From contig JAWMAR010000165.1 of assembly GCA_036785375.1 (NCBI GenBank), forward strand, positions 992,001 through 1,056,000: DNA of 64,000 bases, written 5' to 3'. This document shows, in pieces, positions 21,905 through 35,051 of the stretch; within the stretch, counting starts at the first letter, position 1; every line of letters starts with the position of its first letter. The position numbers were made by a program, and so were the translations under genes. This stretch comes from Leucoraja ocellata (Eukaryota). The notes beneath the pieces were generated by a model. It searched no databases. It was not told where the DNA came from and was given only the letters and a program-made list of their open reading frames with translations.

Positions 21905-22311
21905 AGGGCCTGTCCCACTTGGCCGTCATTTGCGCGCCATTTACGTGACCTCCAAAAATGTGGTCGTCGCGTTGTGACGCACGGGTAGCATGTGGATAGC
22001 GCGGGACGGGCGCATGGAGAGGCGTGGAGGAGTGTGGAGTTATGCACGGTATCGCACGGCGCTCCAGGATTTCGTGCTGCACAAAATCCTCGCGTGCCAC
22101 CGGTGTGACGTATCGCGTACACACGCTGACACATTGGGTACGCACGCTGATGCGTTGGCATCACACGCTGGCGTCCCGACGTCTCACATGTATCGAATGG
22201 TGACACATGGTGACATCACCATGCGTAACCATGTGTCGCCGCGCGCCGCAGGGTATTCTAATGACGTCACGCGCACCAGACGGCTGTGTTGACGCGTGTG
22301 GGACAGGCCTT
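21905..22311. mobile_element. CpG-rich MITE with AGGGCCTGTCCCAC TIRs
   Basis: AGGGCCTGTCCCAC / GTGGGACAGGCCTT; flanks ATA and TTA; interior unrelated to other copies. Confidence 0.8.
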
Positions 22312-22324
22312 TTACTCAGTATTC

Positions 22325-22510
22325 TGCCAACAACCCCCCCCTCACCTGTATCCACCTATCACTTGCCAGCCTTCGCCCCGCCTCCTCTCTTCCAGCTTTC
22401 ACCCCCCCTCCTAAAGTCAGTCTGAAGAACGGGCCCGACCCGAAATGTCACCTGTCCATTCCCTCCACAGATGCTGCCTGACCCACAGAATTCCCCCAGT
22501 ATTTTGTGTG
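22325..22510 (+). mobile_element. Penelope 3' terminal region with hammerhead-like motif
   Basis: CTCACCTGTATCCACCTATCACTTGCCAGC (identical to 883-912) followed by CTGAAGA..GGG..CCC-GAAAT-GTC at 22422-22449. Confidence 0.7.
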
Positions 22511-22749
22511 CTGTCCACAAGTAAATGCAGTTTGGACAGCACTCCTGAGGTGCCACTTTATGAAAATGATAATCTGAAATAAAAGCAGAAATCCTTGCAG
22601 GAATTATAACCTTATTAGTTTCACCAAAAGTGCAGGGAGAGAGGTGAGGAAGGAGGGGAGCACATCACCACAACAATGTTAACATTAAGCAACAAAATAT
22701 TCCCGATCGCTCTGTCAGCAGGGCAACTGCGTCATTGCACAAAGTATCA

Positions 22750-23290
22750 GAACATAGAACAGCATGGCACAGGAATAGCCCTTTTGGCCAACAATGTCTG
22801 TGCCGGACATAATGCCAAGGCAAACTTTAACTGCTGTACATAGCCCATGTCCCCCCATTCACTGCAGAGCCATGTGTCTGTCCAAAAGTCTCTTAAACAC
22901 CACTATCGTGTCTGCCTCCACCACCATCCTGGCAGCGTGTCCTCGCACATCTCCTTTAAACACTGCCCCTCTCATCTTAAAGCTATGCTCTCTAATCTGA
23001 CATTTCCACCCTGGGGAAAAGGTTCTGACTGTCTACCCTATCTATGTTTCTCATCGTTTTACATACGCCTCTCAGGTCTTCCCTCAACCCGTGCCGTGAT
23101 CAGAGGAAACAATCCAAGTCTGTCCAGCAATTCCTTGTAGTTAGTGCCACCTAATCCAGGCAGCATTCTGGTGACACTCATCTGTACCTCCTCCATAGCC
23201 CCTCCATCCTTCCTGTAACGGGGGGGGAAGCTGAACTGCACGCAAGACTCCAGATGCTCCTGACCAATATCCCATAAAGCTGCGTCATAA
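22750..23290 (-). mobile_element. Degraded CR1 LINE 3' fragment
   Basis: HLESCVQF..YRKD..MEEVQ..TRMLPGL..LDRLGLF in ORF 23059-23316; AGAACATAGAAC tail. Confidence 0.7.
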
Positions 23291-23907
23291 CTTCTATTTT
23301 TTAAATTTCTAAACACGTTTTCCGTTTACAAAACAGGCCGTTATTCGGTCCCTGTGTGGTGCAGTAAGGAGCTAATCAGATCTCATTCTCAGCTTGTCTG
23401 CACCCCCTTCCCTCCCTCCTTAACCTGCACCCTGGCCAGAGAGAAGGGATTAGCACAAATTCCTCGACAGCTATAAAACCCAGAGGTGGGAGTTGCCTGG
23501 ACGAAGCCTTGGGTGTTGTTCTCATCAGCGGCAGGCCTAATCTCCCCATCTCACCAAGTCGCCACAGCTGCTGTGCTTTGAACACAGGAGTGAAGCAGTG
23601 ACCGGGTGGAGAGGCGTGCAGAGCGGAAATGACTTTCCACGCTCTAATGGTTTAGGAAATTGAATCTGATTGCAGCCAGGGAAACACATCAACTGCTCCA
23701 TATCAGCCTGGGTCATCATGAACTAGACAAACAGAAGCTTTTCCCATTGTGCAAATACAGACTAGAGGGCACAGCTTTAGGGTGAGAGGGCAACAGTTTA
23801 AAGGAGGTGTGAGTGGCAGGAAATTACACTGAGGGTGGAACGTTCTGCCAACGGCGGTGATGGAGGCAGATACCATAGTGGCGTTTGAGGATTTTCGACA
23901 GGCACTT

Positions 23908-24140
23908 GGATTCTGCTGGTGATCTGTGGTGTTCGAACACCCTGTGGGAATTCTGCTGGTGTCCCTGATGTAGGGTCTTGGTGTAGGTAGGTCTGCTGGT
24001 ATTCTGTGGCATAGGGTCACTGTGTGGGCTTTCTGCTGGTGTTCTGTGGTGTGCGGTCATATGTGGGGGTTCTGCTGGGATTCCCAGATGTTCTATCACC
24101 CTGTGGGCATTCTGCTGGTGTTCCTGTTGTGGGGTCACAG
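23908..24140. repeat. Degenerate ~39-40 bp tandem repeat, about 6 units
   Basis: TCTGCTGG recurs at roughly 39-41 bp intervals. Confidence 0.7.
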
Positions 24141-24407
24141 AGATGCCATTCCTCTGGCCGTCTCCGGCAATTCATTCACATTCTCAGTCCTCAATGCCTG
24201 TGTCAGTGACGTAGACCATTTGCCGCTATAAATACACCAGCTAAATTTAAAACATTTCTCAGCCTCACTGCAGAACTTGACCATGTCACCTAATCTGGAG
24301 TTACGTGGAGAGGTGACGGAACGTTGAACACAGTTTGCAGACCAGACTTTAATGCAAGACTGTCTCTCTCGCCTCTCCACTGAACTGGAAAGATCTCTTG
24401 CCTTTCT

Positions 24408-24705
24408 CAGCAGTAGAGTTGCTGCCTCACAGCTCTAGAGACCTGGGTTCGATCCTGACTACAGGTGCTTGTCTGTAACTTCTCTCTGTGACCTGCGTGG
24501 GTTTTCTCTGGGATCTCAAGTCCCCACCCCCCCCACCCACACTCCAAAATCTCCGCTCCAAAGATTTGTAGGCTCATTATCTTCGGTAAAATTGTAAATA
24601 GTCCCATATGTGTGTAGGATCGTGTTAGCGTGTGGGATCGCTGGTCGGCGCGGACTTGGTGGGCCGAAGGGCCTGATGCTGAGCTGTATCTCTAAACTAA
24701 ACTAA
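24408..24705 (+). mobile_element. tRNA-derived SINE
   Basis: B box GGTTCGATCC ~24446-24455; tail CTGTATCTCTAAACTAAACTAAA. Confidence 0.8.
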
Positions 24706-25835
24706 AAAAAAGAGGGGGACTTCCACCCTGGTCCTATGTAAGAAACAGAAACAGGAGGAGGGAAGGATAAATCTCCTCCAGCGAACCGGGATCAGTCCTG
24801 ACCTCCAGTGCTGTCCATATGGAGTTTGCACGCTCTCCCAGGTTTCCCCTCACATGCCAATGATGTTGGTTGGCAGATTAACCGGTTGGTGTAAATTGCC
24901 CATTGTCTCAGTGGTTATGTGGAGAATCAGAGGTGGAGATTACAGGTTGATGAGAGACACTGAGGGAACCACGTAGACAGTAGCATGTACTTGATGGAAC
25001 GAATGGCCTCCTGCCATTACAAATTACAAGAATATGAGAATTCATATCTCACCTGTCCGATTATTCAATGTTCATACATACAACATAGAACAGTACAGGA
25101 ACAGACCCATTGGCCCACAATGTCCATGTCAAAGATGATGCCAAGAAAGACTAGTCCCACCTGCCTACATGTGATCCATATCCCTCCATGTGCCTATCCT
25201 AAAGCCTCTTCAATGCCCCACTATCGTATCTGCCTCCAGCGCCTTCCAGGCACCCACCATTTTCTGTGTAAAAAAACCTGCCCTGACTTTGGACTTTATA
25301 TACAGCACGGAAACAGGCCCTTCGGCCCATCGAGTCTGCACCGATCTGCGATCACCCTGTATATATACTAGCACTATCCTACACGCTAGGGATAATTTAC
25401 AGTTTACAGAAGCTAATTAATCTACAAACTTGCACGTCTTTGGAGCATGGGAGGAAACCAGTGCACCCAGTGAAAACCCACAAGGTCACAGGGAGAACGT
25501 GCAGACTCCGTACAAACAGCACCATAGTCAGGATCAAACCCGGGTCTCTGGCGGGTTCTATACCCTGGCCAATATTCAGCCCTCTGGACTAACCCTAAAA
25601 CCAGATGAGGAGGTCGCTGCAAGGTTGGCTGTACAACCATGCCTTGAACAAATGGTCAAAGTTAAAACAAGAACTACACTTCAGAAGCAACTTTGGCTGC
25701 GTGTTGAGCTTTGCAATATTGTGAAAGGCATTTTATAAATGCAATGGCATTTTCCTTTACATTCCCTCAACAGTTTCTCAATAGCCTCAAACCCACAACT
25801 ATCTAGTATTCCTAACAGCTGTTAGCCTGTTTGTG

Positions 25836-26123
25836 CAGCACGGTGCCGCAGCATTTGAGTTGCTGCCTTACAGCACCAGAGATCCGGGTTCGATCCCGAC
25901 TACAGGTGATGTCTATACGGAGCTTGTACGGTCTGCCCACGACCGCGTGGGTTTTCTCCGAGATCGTCAGTTTCCTCCCGCACCCTAAAGACGTACAGGT
26001 TTGCAGGTTAATTGGCTTGGTATAAATGTAAAGATTGTCCCTAGTGGGTGTAGAATGTGCGGGGATCGCTGGTCAGTGTGGACTCGGTGGACCGAAGGGC
26101 CTGTTCCCGCGCTGTATCTCTAA
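25836..26123 (+). mobile_element. tRNA-derived SINE
   Basis: GGTTCGATCC ~25887-25896; V-domain-like body; CTGTATCTCTAA end. Confidence 0.8.
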
Positions 26124-26759
26124 CACGAAGTTTTGAACCTCCTCAGTGATACATGTTACTTTCAGACTCCAGATCAAAACCAGGCCCACAGGAGATACAG
26201 GCAGGCTATAGGAGAATGAGGAAGGTGGAATAACACAGTTGAAGTGGGCTGGGCTGGGCTGGGCTGGGCGTAGCAATGAGCCAGACAGTCTTTGTTCCAA
26301 GCATGCTGACATTGCCGCAATATGTTCACAGACACGCTTTCGTCACAGAGGGTGTGGAGGCTCCAGGTCTTTCCTAAGCAAGTCCTTTTAAAAGGAGCAG
26401 CCAGGAATTAGTTGGCATCAGGCCGGGGCCTGCACACTATGAATCAATGTGCAGGCCCAGTCAAAGTCAAATCCAATCAGAACATGCTGAGATCAGCTAG
26501 CTTCCTCACACAGTCCCTCACGCTTAACTCTAAAGTGTCCTCACCAAACTACTGCAAGGAGATTAAAGGGGGAATAGTGTAGGATTGGTGAAAATGGGTG
26601 CTTGATGGGCTAGCACAGACTCAATGGGATGAAGGGCCAGTTTCCGAGCTCTACGATATTCCTTGTTCCTTGGAGATACAATGGCCAGATACAATGACAT
26701 CAATAAAAAACACTTGGACAAGAATAATTTAGAGGGATGCGGGCCAAATGGGACTAGCT

Positions 26760-27704
26760 TAGACAATAGACAATAGGTGCAGGAGTAGGCCATTCGGCCC
26801 CTCGAGCCAGCACATCATGGCTGATCATCCACAATCAGTACCTAGTTCCTGCCTTATCCCCATATCCCCTGACTCCGCTATCTTTAAGAGCCCTATCTAG
26901 CTCTCTCTTGAAAGTATCCAGAGTTCCGGCAGAGAATTCCACAGACTCACAACTCTGTGAAACAGCGTTTCCTCATCTCCATTCTAAATGGCTTAAACTG
27001 TGGCCCCTTATTCTTAAACTGTGGCCCCTGGTTCTGGACTCCCCCAACATCGGGAGCATGTTTCCTGCCTCTAGCATGTCCAAACCCTTAATAATCTTGT
27101 ATGTTTCAATAGGATTCCCTCTCATCCTAAGTTCCAGAGTATACAAGCCCAGCCGTTCCTTTCTCTCAGCGTACGACAGTCCCGCCATCCCGGGAATTAA
27201 ACTTGCGAACCTACGCTGCAATCCCTCAATAGCAAGAATGTCCTTCCTCAAATTTGGAGACCAAAACTGCACACAGTACTCCATATGTGGTCTCACTAGG
27301 GCCTCATACAACTGCAGAAGGACCTCTTTGTTCTTATACTCAACTCCTCTTGTTATGAAGGCCAACATGCCATTCGCTTTCTTCACTGCCAGCTGTACCT
27401 GCATGCTTACTTTCATTGACTGATGAACAAGGACCACCAGATCCCGTTGTTTAAGAAGGAACTGCAGATGTTGGAAAATCGAAGGTAGACAAAAATGCTG
27501 GAGAAACTCAGCAGGTGAGGCAGTATCTATGGAGCGAAGGTATGGCTCCATAGATGCTGCCTCACCCGCCGAGGCAGATCCGTTGTACTTCCCCATTTCC
27601 TAACTTGACACCATTTAGATAATAATCTGGCTTCCGGTTTTTGATACCAAAGTGGATAACCTCACATTTATCTACATTAAACTGCATCTGCCCACTCACC
27701 CAAC
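26760..27704 (-). mobile_element. CR1 LINE 3' fragment (CTATTGT tail) with nested hairpin element at 27451-27575
   Basis: ORF 26973-27596 AVKKANGMLAFITRGVEYK..LVRPHMEYCVQFWSP; nested element flanked by AGATCCCGTTGT / AGATCCGTTGT. Confidence 0.9.
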
Positions 27705-27717
27705 CTTAGATGGGACA

Positions 27718-27942
27718 CAAAATGCTGGAGTAACTCAGCAGTACAGGCAGCATCTCCGGATAGGAATGGGTGATGTTTCGGTTCAATACCCTTTTTCAGA
27801 CTTCAGCAGTCAGAAGAAGGATCTGGACTCAAAACTTCACCCATTCCTTCCATCCATAGATGCTACCTGTCCTGCTGAGTTACTCCAGCATTTTGTGTCT
27901 ATCTTCAGTTTAAACCAGCATCTGCAGTTCCTTCCTACACAG
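27718..27942. mobile_element. Asymmetric hairpin element
   Basis: Inverted arms; 13-bp TSD CTTAGATGGGACA at 27705-27717 and 27943-27955. Confidence 0.8.
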
Positions 27943-28694
27943 CTTAGATGGGACATCTTGCTTGGCATGGGTGAGTTGGGCCGAAGGCCTGTGGCCGTGC
28001 TGTACACACTATGCAGGAATCTTGAACAAAACACAAAGTGCTGGAGAAACTCAGCGGATCCGGCAGCAGAGGAGGAGAGAACGGACAGATGATGTTCCAG
28101 GTCGCATGTGACAGAAGTATATAAAGTTGTGAGAGGCATAAATATGGTAGACAGTCAGAACCTTTTCCCCATGGTGGAAATGTCAAAAACTAGAGGGCAT
28201 AGCTTTGTGTTTACAGAGATGGGGGTGGGTGCCTGGAATGCGCTGCCAGGGGTAGTGATGGAGGCAGGTGTGATAGGGGCATTTAAGAGGCTTTTAGAGA
28301 GGCACATGGATATGCAGGGAATGGAGAGATGTGTGCCATGTGCTGGCACTGGAGATTAGTTTATGTTTGGCATCATGTTCAGCACAGACATTGTGGGCCA
28401 AAGGGCCTTTTCCTGTGCTGTACTCTTCTATGTTGCATTGGACACAATCTAGCATTCTAGATTCAATAATGAATGTAGTTAACTTGAGATCTTTCTTCCT
28501 GGTATCAGAGCTGGCCATCACAGTCAGTCATGAATATGACTCCGTTCTTCCAAGTAGCTGTAGTCTGGCCTGTTGGGCATCAGCAACATATCATGCACAG
28601 ACGCTAGATATGATCCGATCTCCTCCTCCTACTGCCTCGTTGAGTCGACTGGTCTCACCCTATCCGAGATATTCCCCTTTGTCCTAACTATCCT

Positions 28695-29005
28695 GGCATG
28701 GTGGCACAGCTGCTAGAGCTGCTGCCTCGCAGCGCCAGAAACCCTAGTTGGATCCTGACCTCGGTGCTGTCTGTGTGGAGTTTGCACGCTCTCCCCGTGA
28801 CCGTGTGGGTTTCCTCCGGGTGCCCCGGTTTCCTCCAGCATCCCAAAGACTTGCAGGTTTGTAGGTTTCTCGAAATTGTCCCCAGTGTGCAGGAAGTGGA
28901 TGAGAAAGTGGGATAACACAGAACTAATACGAGCGGGTGATCTAAGGTTGGCGTGGACTCTGTGGACTCTGTGGGCCTGTTCCATGCTGCATCTTTAAAC
29001 TGGAC
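28695..29005 (+). mobile_element. tRNA-derived SINE
   Basis: GGCATGGTGGCACAGC head, degenerate B box, conserved body. Confidence 0.75.
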
Positions 29006-29329
29006 TAAGGGTATTTGTGGGAGACTCCCTCTCGCCTCTGCCTGGCTCTCTCCCCACTCCTCTATTCATTAAATAACAACAGACTGGTGACGGCTTCCTG
29101 TTCTGTACAGGACAGGCCAGCTGGTGGGCCCCACCACCACCGGGCAAAACCTCACGTCTGGGAGCCCGAGTCAAACAGAGGTCTCAGCCACAGCAGCAGC
29201 AGAAGCAGCTCTGCGTGCACAGGGGACTAACCAGAGGAAGTAGAAACTCCATTACTCAATGTTTAATTACACTCTCTGACTGTGTGGCCAGAATCTATTC
29301 TAAGGTTCCCATTCATTCATCCCTCACTG

Positions 29330-29880
29330 TCATGCCGTACAGCATTCAAACAGGCCCTTCAGCCCAACTTGTCCATGCTAACCGAGCTAGTGCCACGTGC
29401 CTGGCCCTCATTCCTCCAAACCTTTCCGACCCATGTACCTGTCCAAGCATCTTTTAAATTGCATAATTGTACTGGCCTCATGCACATATCCCACCCACTG
29501 TGTCAAAGAATTGCATCTCAGGTTCCTTTTAAATCTTTTTCCCCCTCGGCTTAACCTTGTGCCCTCTAGTTTTAGACCCTCCTATCCTGGGGAAATGACT
29601 GTGTCTAATCATCTTATCTATGCCCTTCATGATTTTGTTCCCCTCTATAAGGTCAGCACTCTGCCTCCGACATCCAAGGGAAAAACAACCCTATCCAGCC
29701 TCTCCTTATAACACAAACCCCAATAACTTGGTCACATCCTCATGAATCTTTTCTGCGCACTTTTCAATTGAACGACATCTCTCCTCTAGTAGGGCAATAG
29801 GAACTGTACACAATAGCCTGAATGAGGTTCCACAGATGTATTGTACAGCTGTAACATGACATCCCATCTCCTGTACTCAA
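29330..29880 (-). mobile_element. Degraded CR1 LINE 3' fragment
   Basis: Collinear with 3130-3720 by eye. Confidence 0.65.
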
Positions 29881-30795
29881 TATATGTAGTTTACATGGAA
29901 GATAGACACAAAATGCTGGAGCAACTCAGCTGCTGCACCCGCTGAGTTTCTCCAGCATTTTTCATTTTCCAGTATCTGCAGTTCCTTCTTAAACACTGTA
30001 CTTCTCTACATTCCTTCTCCCTTCTCTATATTCCTTCTCTCCAGAGATGCTGCCTGTCCCAGCATTTTGTGTCCATCTTTGGTAAACCAGCATCTGCAGT
30101 TTATGTTGTTCTCTAACATCTGGACAGACAACGAGTGACACCCACGGTAACAGTGCTGACTGCGAATCACAGCTTGTAAATTAGGAACTATAGTGAACTA
30201 TTTTCAGTTCAATATTTCAAAGCAGAACCAAGGCAACAAAGAGGCTTGAATTATGCAGCGTATACGTCACGCAGCCTGCAACACGACCTAGCAAGGTCGC
30301 AGGGATGTTCACGTGATCTTACAGCGGGACACTGAAGGCCAAGCAGTTCATCAGCTGCAGCTAAAGCCCGAATATCCTGGCCTGGGACTCGGCAGCTGCT
30401 CGTCCAATTACAAGCGGCGTGACCACCCCGCGGTGCTCCTCCAATCACACGGTGAGGAACCCACGATGTTTGTCCAATCACACAGCGAGGAACCCAGTGC
30501 TCACCCACGGTCCCGACCTGAAACGTCATGTGTGCATTCTCTCCACAGATGCTGCCTGACCCTCTGAGTTACTCCAGCACTTTGTGTCTGTCACCCAACT
30601 ACCTGCTAATGCTTCAAATGGTGGATAAAAACAGCAAACACTGGAGATGCTCAGCCTGGCGGGCAGCATCTGCAGAGGGAGAATCAAAATCAACAATGGG
30701 TTTTCCTCATCCCACTGCTGCATCCTTGCCTGTTGGATATCTCCAGCACTTTGTTTTTCCATAAGACAGCAGGCAGAGGAGAGTGGGGCCTCATG

Positions 30796-31392
30796 GATTC
30801 TACGCTGACATACCCGTGACATTCGGGGCCCCATATAGAATCTACACTGACATACCCGTGACATACGAGACCCATACAGATTCTACGCTGACATGCATGT
30901 GACATACAGGGCCCATATAGAATCTACACTGACATACCCGTGACATACGAGACCCATACAGATTCTACGCTGACATGCATGTGACATACAGGGCCCATAT
31001 AGAATCTACACTGACATACCCGTGACATACGAGACCCATACAGATTCTACGCTGACATGCATGTGACATACAGGGCCCATATAGAATCTACACTGACATA
31101 TCCGTGACATACGGGGCCCATGTAAGATTCTATGCTGACAAACATGTGACATACAGGGCCCATATAGAATCTACACTGACATACCCGTGACATACGAGAC
31201 CCATACCGATTCTATGCTGACATACATGTGACATACGGGGCCCATATAGATTCTATGCTGACATACGAGTGACATACAGGGCCCATACCGATTCTATGCT
31301 GACATACGAGTGACATACAGGGCCCATACCGATTCTATGCTGACATACGAGTGACATACAGGGCCCATATTGATTCTACACTGACATACGTG
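30796..31392. repeat. 41-bp minisatellite, ~14.5 units, with 82-bp higher-order alternation
   Basis: Units GATTCTACGCTGACATGCATGTGACATACAGGGCCCATATA and GAATCTACACTGACATACCCGTGACATACGAGACCCATACA alternate; distal units share a third variant. Confidence 0.95.
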
Positions 31393-31499
31393 CTCATCAC
31401 GCGGGTTGTTTACTAACTGCAGCTGAACCCTGAGATATTGTGGGCTTGGACACACCGCTACCTGGATATTTAATCACTGGCGGTGTGGCATCACAAGCT

Positions 31500-31872
31500 G
31501 ATAGAAGTATATACAAGTATGAGAGGCACAGATACGATAGGCAGTCAGAACCTTTTTCCCAGCATTGACATTTCAAAGACTAGAGGGCATAGCTTTAAGG
31601 TCAGAGGGGAAAAGTTTAAAGGAGATGTGCTGGGCAAGTTGTATTACACAGAGGACGGTGAGTGCCTGGATCACACTGCCTGGGATTGTGGTTGGAGGCA
31701 GATACAATAATAATGTTTAAGAGGCTTTTAGATAAGTACATGGATATACAGGAAATGGAGGGGTAAGGATCATGTGCAGCCAAAGGAGATTAGTTTAACT
31801 TGGCATCATGTTTGGCACAGACATTGTGGGCTGAAGGGCCTGGTCCTGTGCTGAACTGTCCAATGTTCTATG
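31500..31872 (+). mobile_element. CR1 LINE 3' fragment
   Basis: LIEVYTSMRGTD..SQNLFP..SKTRGHSFKVRGEKFKGDV in ORF 31483-31710; TGTTCTA tail. Confidence 0.75.
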
Positions 31873-33668
31873 TAACAGAGAACTCTCTATGGGCAGATAT
31901 GGCCTCGACTCTGACCATCAACCCATCTTGAGATACATTTTCCCAGATTCACACAGCATTTAATCCCTCTAAAATATCTTTAAAACCTCAGCTTTGCTCA
32001 AGCTTTCGATAACCTAATCTAAATTTCCTTAAGTGAATCAATATCAATTTCCATCTAGTTATCTAGTTTAGATTAGTTTCTTGCGATAAGATATTCTAAA
32101 TATACAGATCACTGTCAATTTTAAATGATACCCAAGCACTAACATCATTAAGATAATATGAAGAGATGCCATGGCAACATCATCGATTCAGTGCTGCGTC
32201 ACAGCGCCAGAGTCCCTGGTTTGAACCTGACCTCAGCTGCTGTCTGTGTGGAGTTAGCATGGCCTCCCTGTGACTGCGTGAGTTTCGCCAGGTGCTCCGG
32301 TTTTCATACACGTCCCAAAGACGTGCAGGTTAATTGCCGCTATAAACTCTGGTAAATGACCCCTAGTGTGTAGATAAGTGGTTGAAGCTGTGTGGTGTGG
32401 GCATGTGAGGACAATAAAAGTACAGGGTTGATATGGATTACTGTATATTGGTGACTGGTTGCCAGTATGATCATTGATTAATACCTCTTTAGAGGACCAT
32501 GGGGACTTGGTATGTCAGCAAATACTCTCTTGAGCTTTCGGTGTACAGTAGAGAACATGTTGACTGGTTACATCACGGCCTGGTTCGGCAACATTTTGGT
32601 CAGCCGACATTTTGCAGCTTATGCGCAAAATTGGAACCTCAACCCTAACCCTAGTTACAGTCGCAGCGACAGAGAGACAGACGCAGAGACAGACAGAGAC
32701 AAGAAAATTTGAAATATGTTTCGTATCTTTCCCTTGCTCAGTCTCAATCCTCATCCATCAAATTCCCTGCTACCAGTGCGGGTTTATAGGTTAAGTATTC
32801 CCTGTAAATTGTGTGCAGAGAGTGATAGAATCTGGGAAGGAATGGATAATATGGAGAGGATAAAGTTGGATTAATTTGTGTGAATGGGTGATCGATGGTC
32901 AGTGTGGACTCAGTGGGTCAAAGGGCCTGTATTTCTCAATACAAGGTGAAAGGGCAAGCATTTGATAGGAACATGAGGGTTAGCTTTTTCATTCAGAGAG
33001 TGGTGGATGCATGAAACAAGATGCCAGATGAGGCAGTTGAGACAGGTACTACAACAGCATCTATGGATAGAAAAGGGATACGAGCTGAGTGAGGCTAAAT
33101 GGGACTAGCTTGGATCTGCAGGGACCAGTTGGGCCTGTTTCCATGCTCTATGACTCTCTGACTCCCATATGAAGAATACAGAACATTGCCTTCAATGCTA
33201 CCCTGGACCTAAATTCCCTGAGATCTGCTGCTGAGGACAGGCATCTCTCTTTCTGCTTGCCCTCATCCTCTGATATGTATTTAGACAGCAAAAAACAAGT
33301 TGCATGCGAAACTCAGAGGGTCAGACAGCATCTGTAGAGGTAGAGGGATAGTGAGTGTTTCAGGTTGAGACACTGCATCAGATTTTTGCTCCACCTGCAT
33401 CGTCTCTGTGTCGATACAGCTTCTTATCAAGTGCCAGGGTTCCTCAGATACAAAGTTATTTTTAAATGCCCTCACCATTGTCCAGGAGAACTAGCCATTC
33501 TGCAAACTGGAGATAAGGGTGAGGAACACTGATCACCCACTCTCCACCAACAGACGTCAACAGTACACTTGAAGAACATGAAGATGCGAGGAGGAATTTT
33601 TTGTAAATCACTGGGTGGGGAACCTGTGGAATTAATTGCCACAGATGACTGTGGAGGCCAAGTCATTG

Positions 33669-34708
33669 TAGCAATGTTACAAAATTTTGAGATTTAAAAA
33701 ATCAAGTCTGTAATTTATCCCATCAGATAACGCATAAAAATAAATTTAATTTGACACCTAATTCACTTTCATATCTCAAGTATTTAAAAAGTTATGGCCA
33801 TTTTCATACTCGGAAATTAGCATCTTGTTCCCTATTGATTTTCTATGGACATAATAAAAAAGCTGTGATCGTGTGCAGTCAAAAGCCCATAACCTTCTTA
33901 AAAATTAAGAGAACTGAATGAAATGTTCAGTTATCATAGATTGAACCATTCTGAAACAAATATAAAATAATCTTACTTGGATGACCTGAAATTAAAGCAT
34001 ATAATTAGTTAGTTACCCAAGTGTAGCTAATTTCAAACTTCAATTACTAGATCTAAACATCTATCCATTTCTTAATAAATGATTAACATTTTTAAATAGC
34101 CTAAGTGTCCAAATAATATTCATAAATAATTCACAATAAAACATGATTTTTAAATCTCATTTACATTTATTTATAGGCCAAATGGAAGGAATTTAGTGTT
34201 CAATTGCTGTAAATTAAAGTCCATTTTAAATCAGTTTTCTAGTGGGATCCTGTGAACGCGCTGGTTTAGAACGTTCACATTGCGGTGGATTTGTGCCTCA
34301 AATGCCCAGAAAAATACTGCGGGATATAATGGGCCCAAAATGAGCTACTTGCAATATTAAACTTTGTATAAAAGGATCTTAAGAAGCCCTTTTTAATGTA
34401 AAAATAAGCAGCCTACCTTCTGTTAATTGCTCTATGCGACCCTGACAGCTGCCGGTGGTTGCGGGTTTAGAGATTGATTTTTAAACTACTATAACTATTA
34501 TACGAGGACTTTAAAACTAATAATAGCTTTTGCGACGGGGTCTTCCAGCGATTTTTCGTTAATAATTAACTAGGCTGAACATCTTCGATTTGAACAGCCT
34601 AGAGAAAATCGCGTTTTAAACCCGCCCCCTCTAAACGGCACCAAAATCGCGCACATGGGCTGGGACAGATTTTCAGCGGCGCTTCAGGTAAGCTTTGCAA
34701 CATACCTA
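33669..34708. mobile_element. 1040-bp non-autonomous DNA transposon, copy 2 (opposite orientation)
   Basis: Reverse complement of 17494-18533; 7-bp TSD GTCATTG at 33662-33668 and 34709-34715; inserted in a CR1 3' fragment. Confidence 0.9.
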
Positions 34709-35051
34709 GTCATTGGGGATTTTTAAAGCGGAGATTGACTAGTAAGGATCTCGACTCTCAAAGGATATGGGCTGAAGGCAGGAGAATGGGATTGAGAGGG
34801 AAAAATACATTGGGCATGATTGAATGGCAGAGCAGACTCAATGGACCAAATGGCCTCATTCTGTTGTCTGGTCATGGTAAATACAAGGTGCTGGAAGAAC
34901 TCAGCGGGTCAATTAACCGGAGTTCCTCCAGCACTTTGTGTTTTGCTCAAGCTTCCAGCGACTGAAGTTCCTTGTGAGTCCTGAAGAACTTTGTGTAGGA
35001 GCACCATGAATCTGCAAACATTTCAATGGATCATGTGAAACGCTACGGTAC

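Noticed and set aside
23538-23640. Minus-strand exon ending TTG|gtgaga near 23557
   Set aside because: No convincing acceptor or start codon; a donor-like motif alone is insufficient
30796-31392. CRISPR-like array
   Set aside because: Units are contiguous tandem copies with no unique spacers, no cas genes, and the context is vertebrate
32635-32652. Interstitial telomere
   Set aside because: Only two to three imperfect AACCCT units; more likely part of an unclassified repeat fragment
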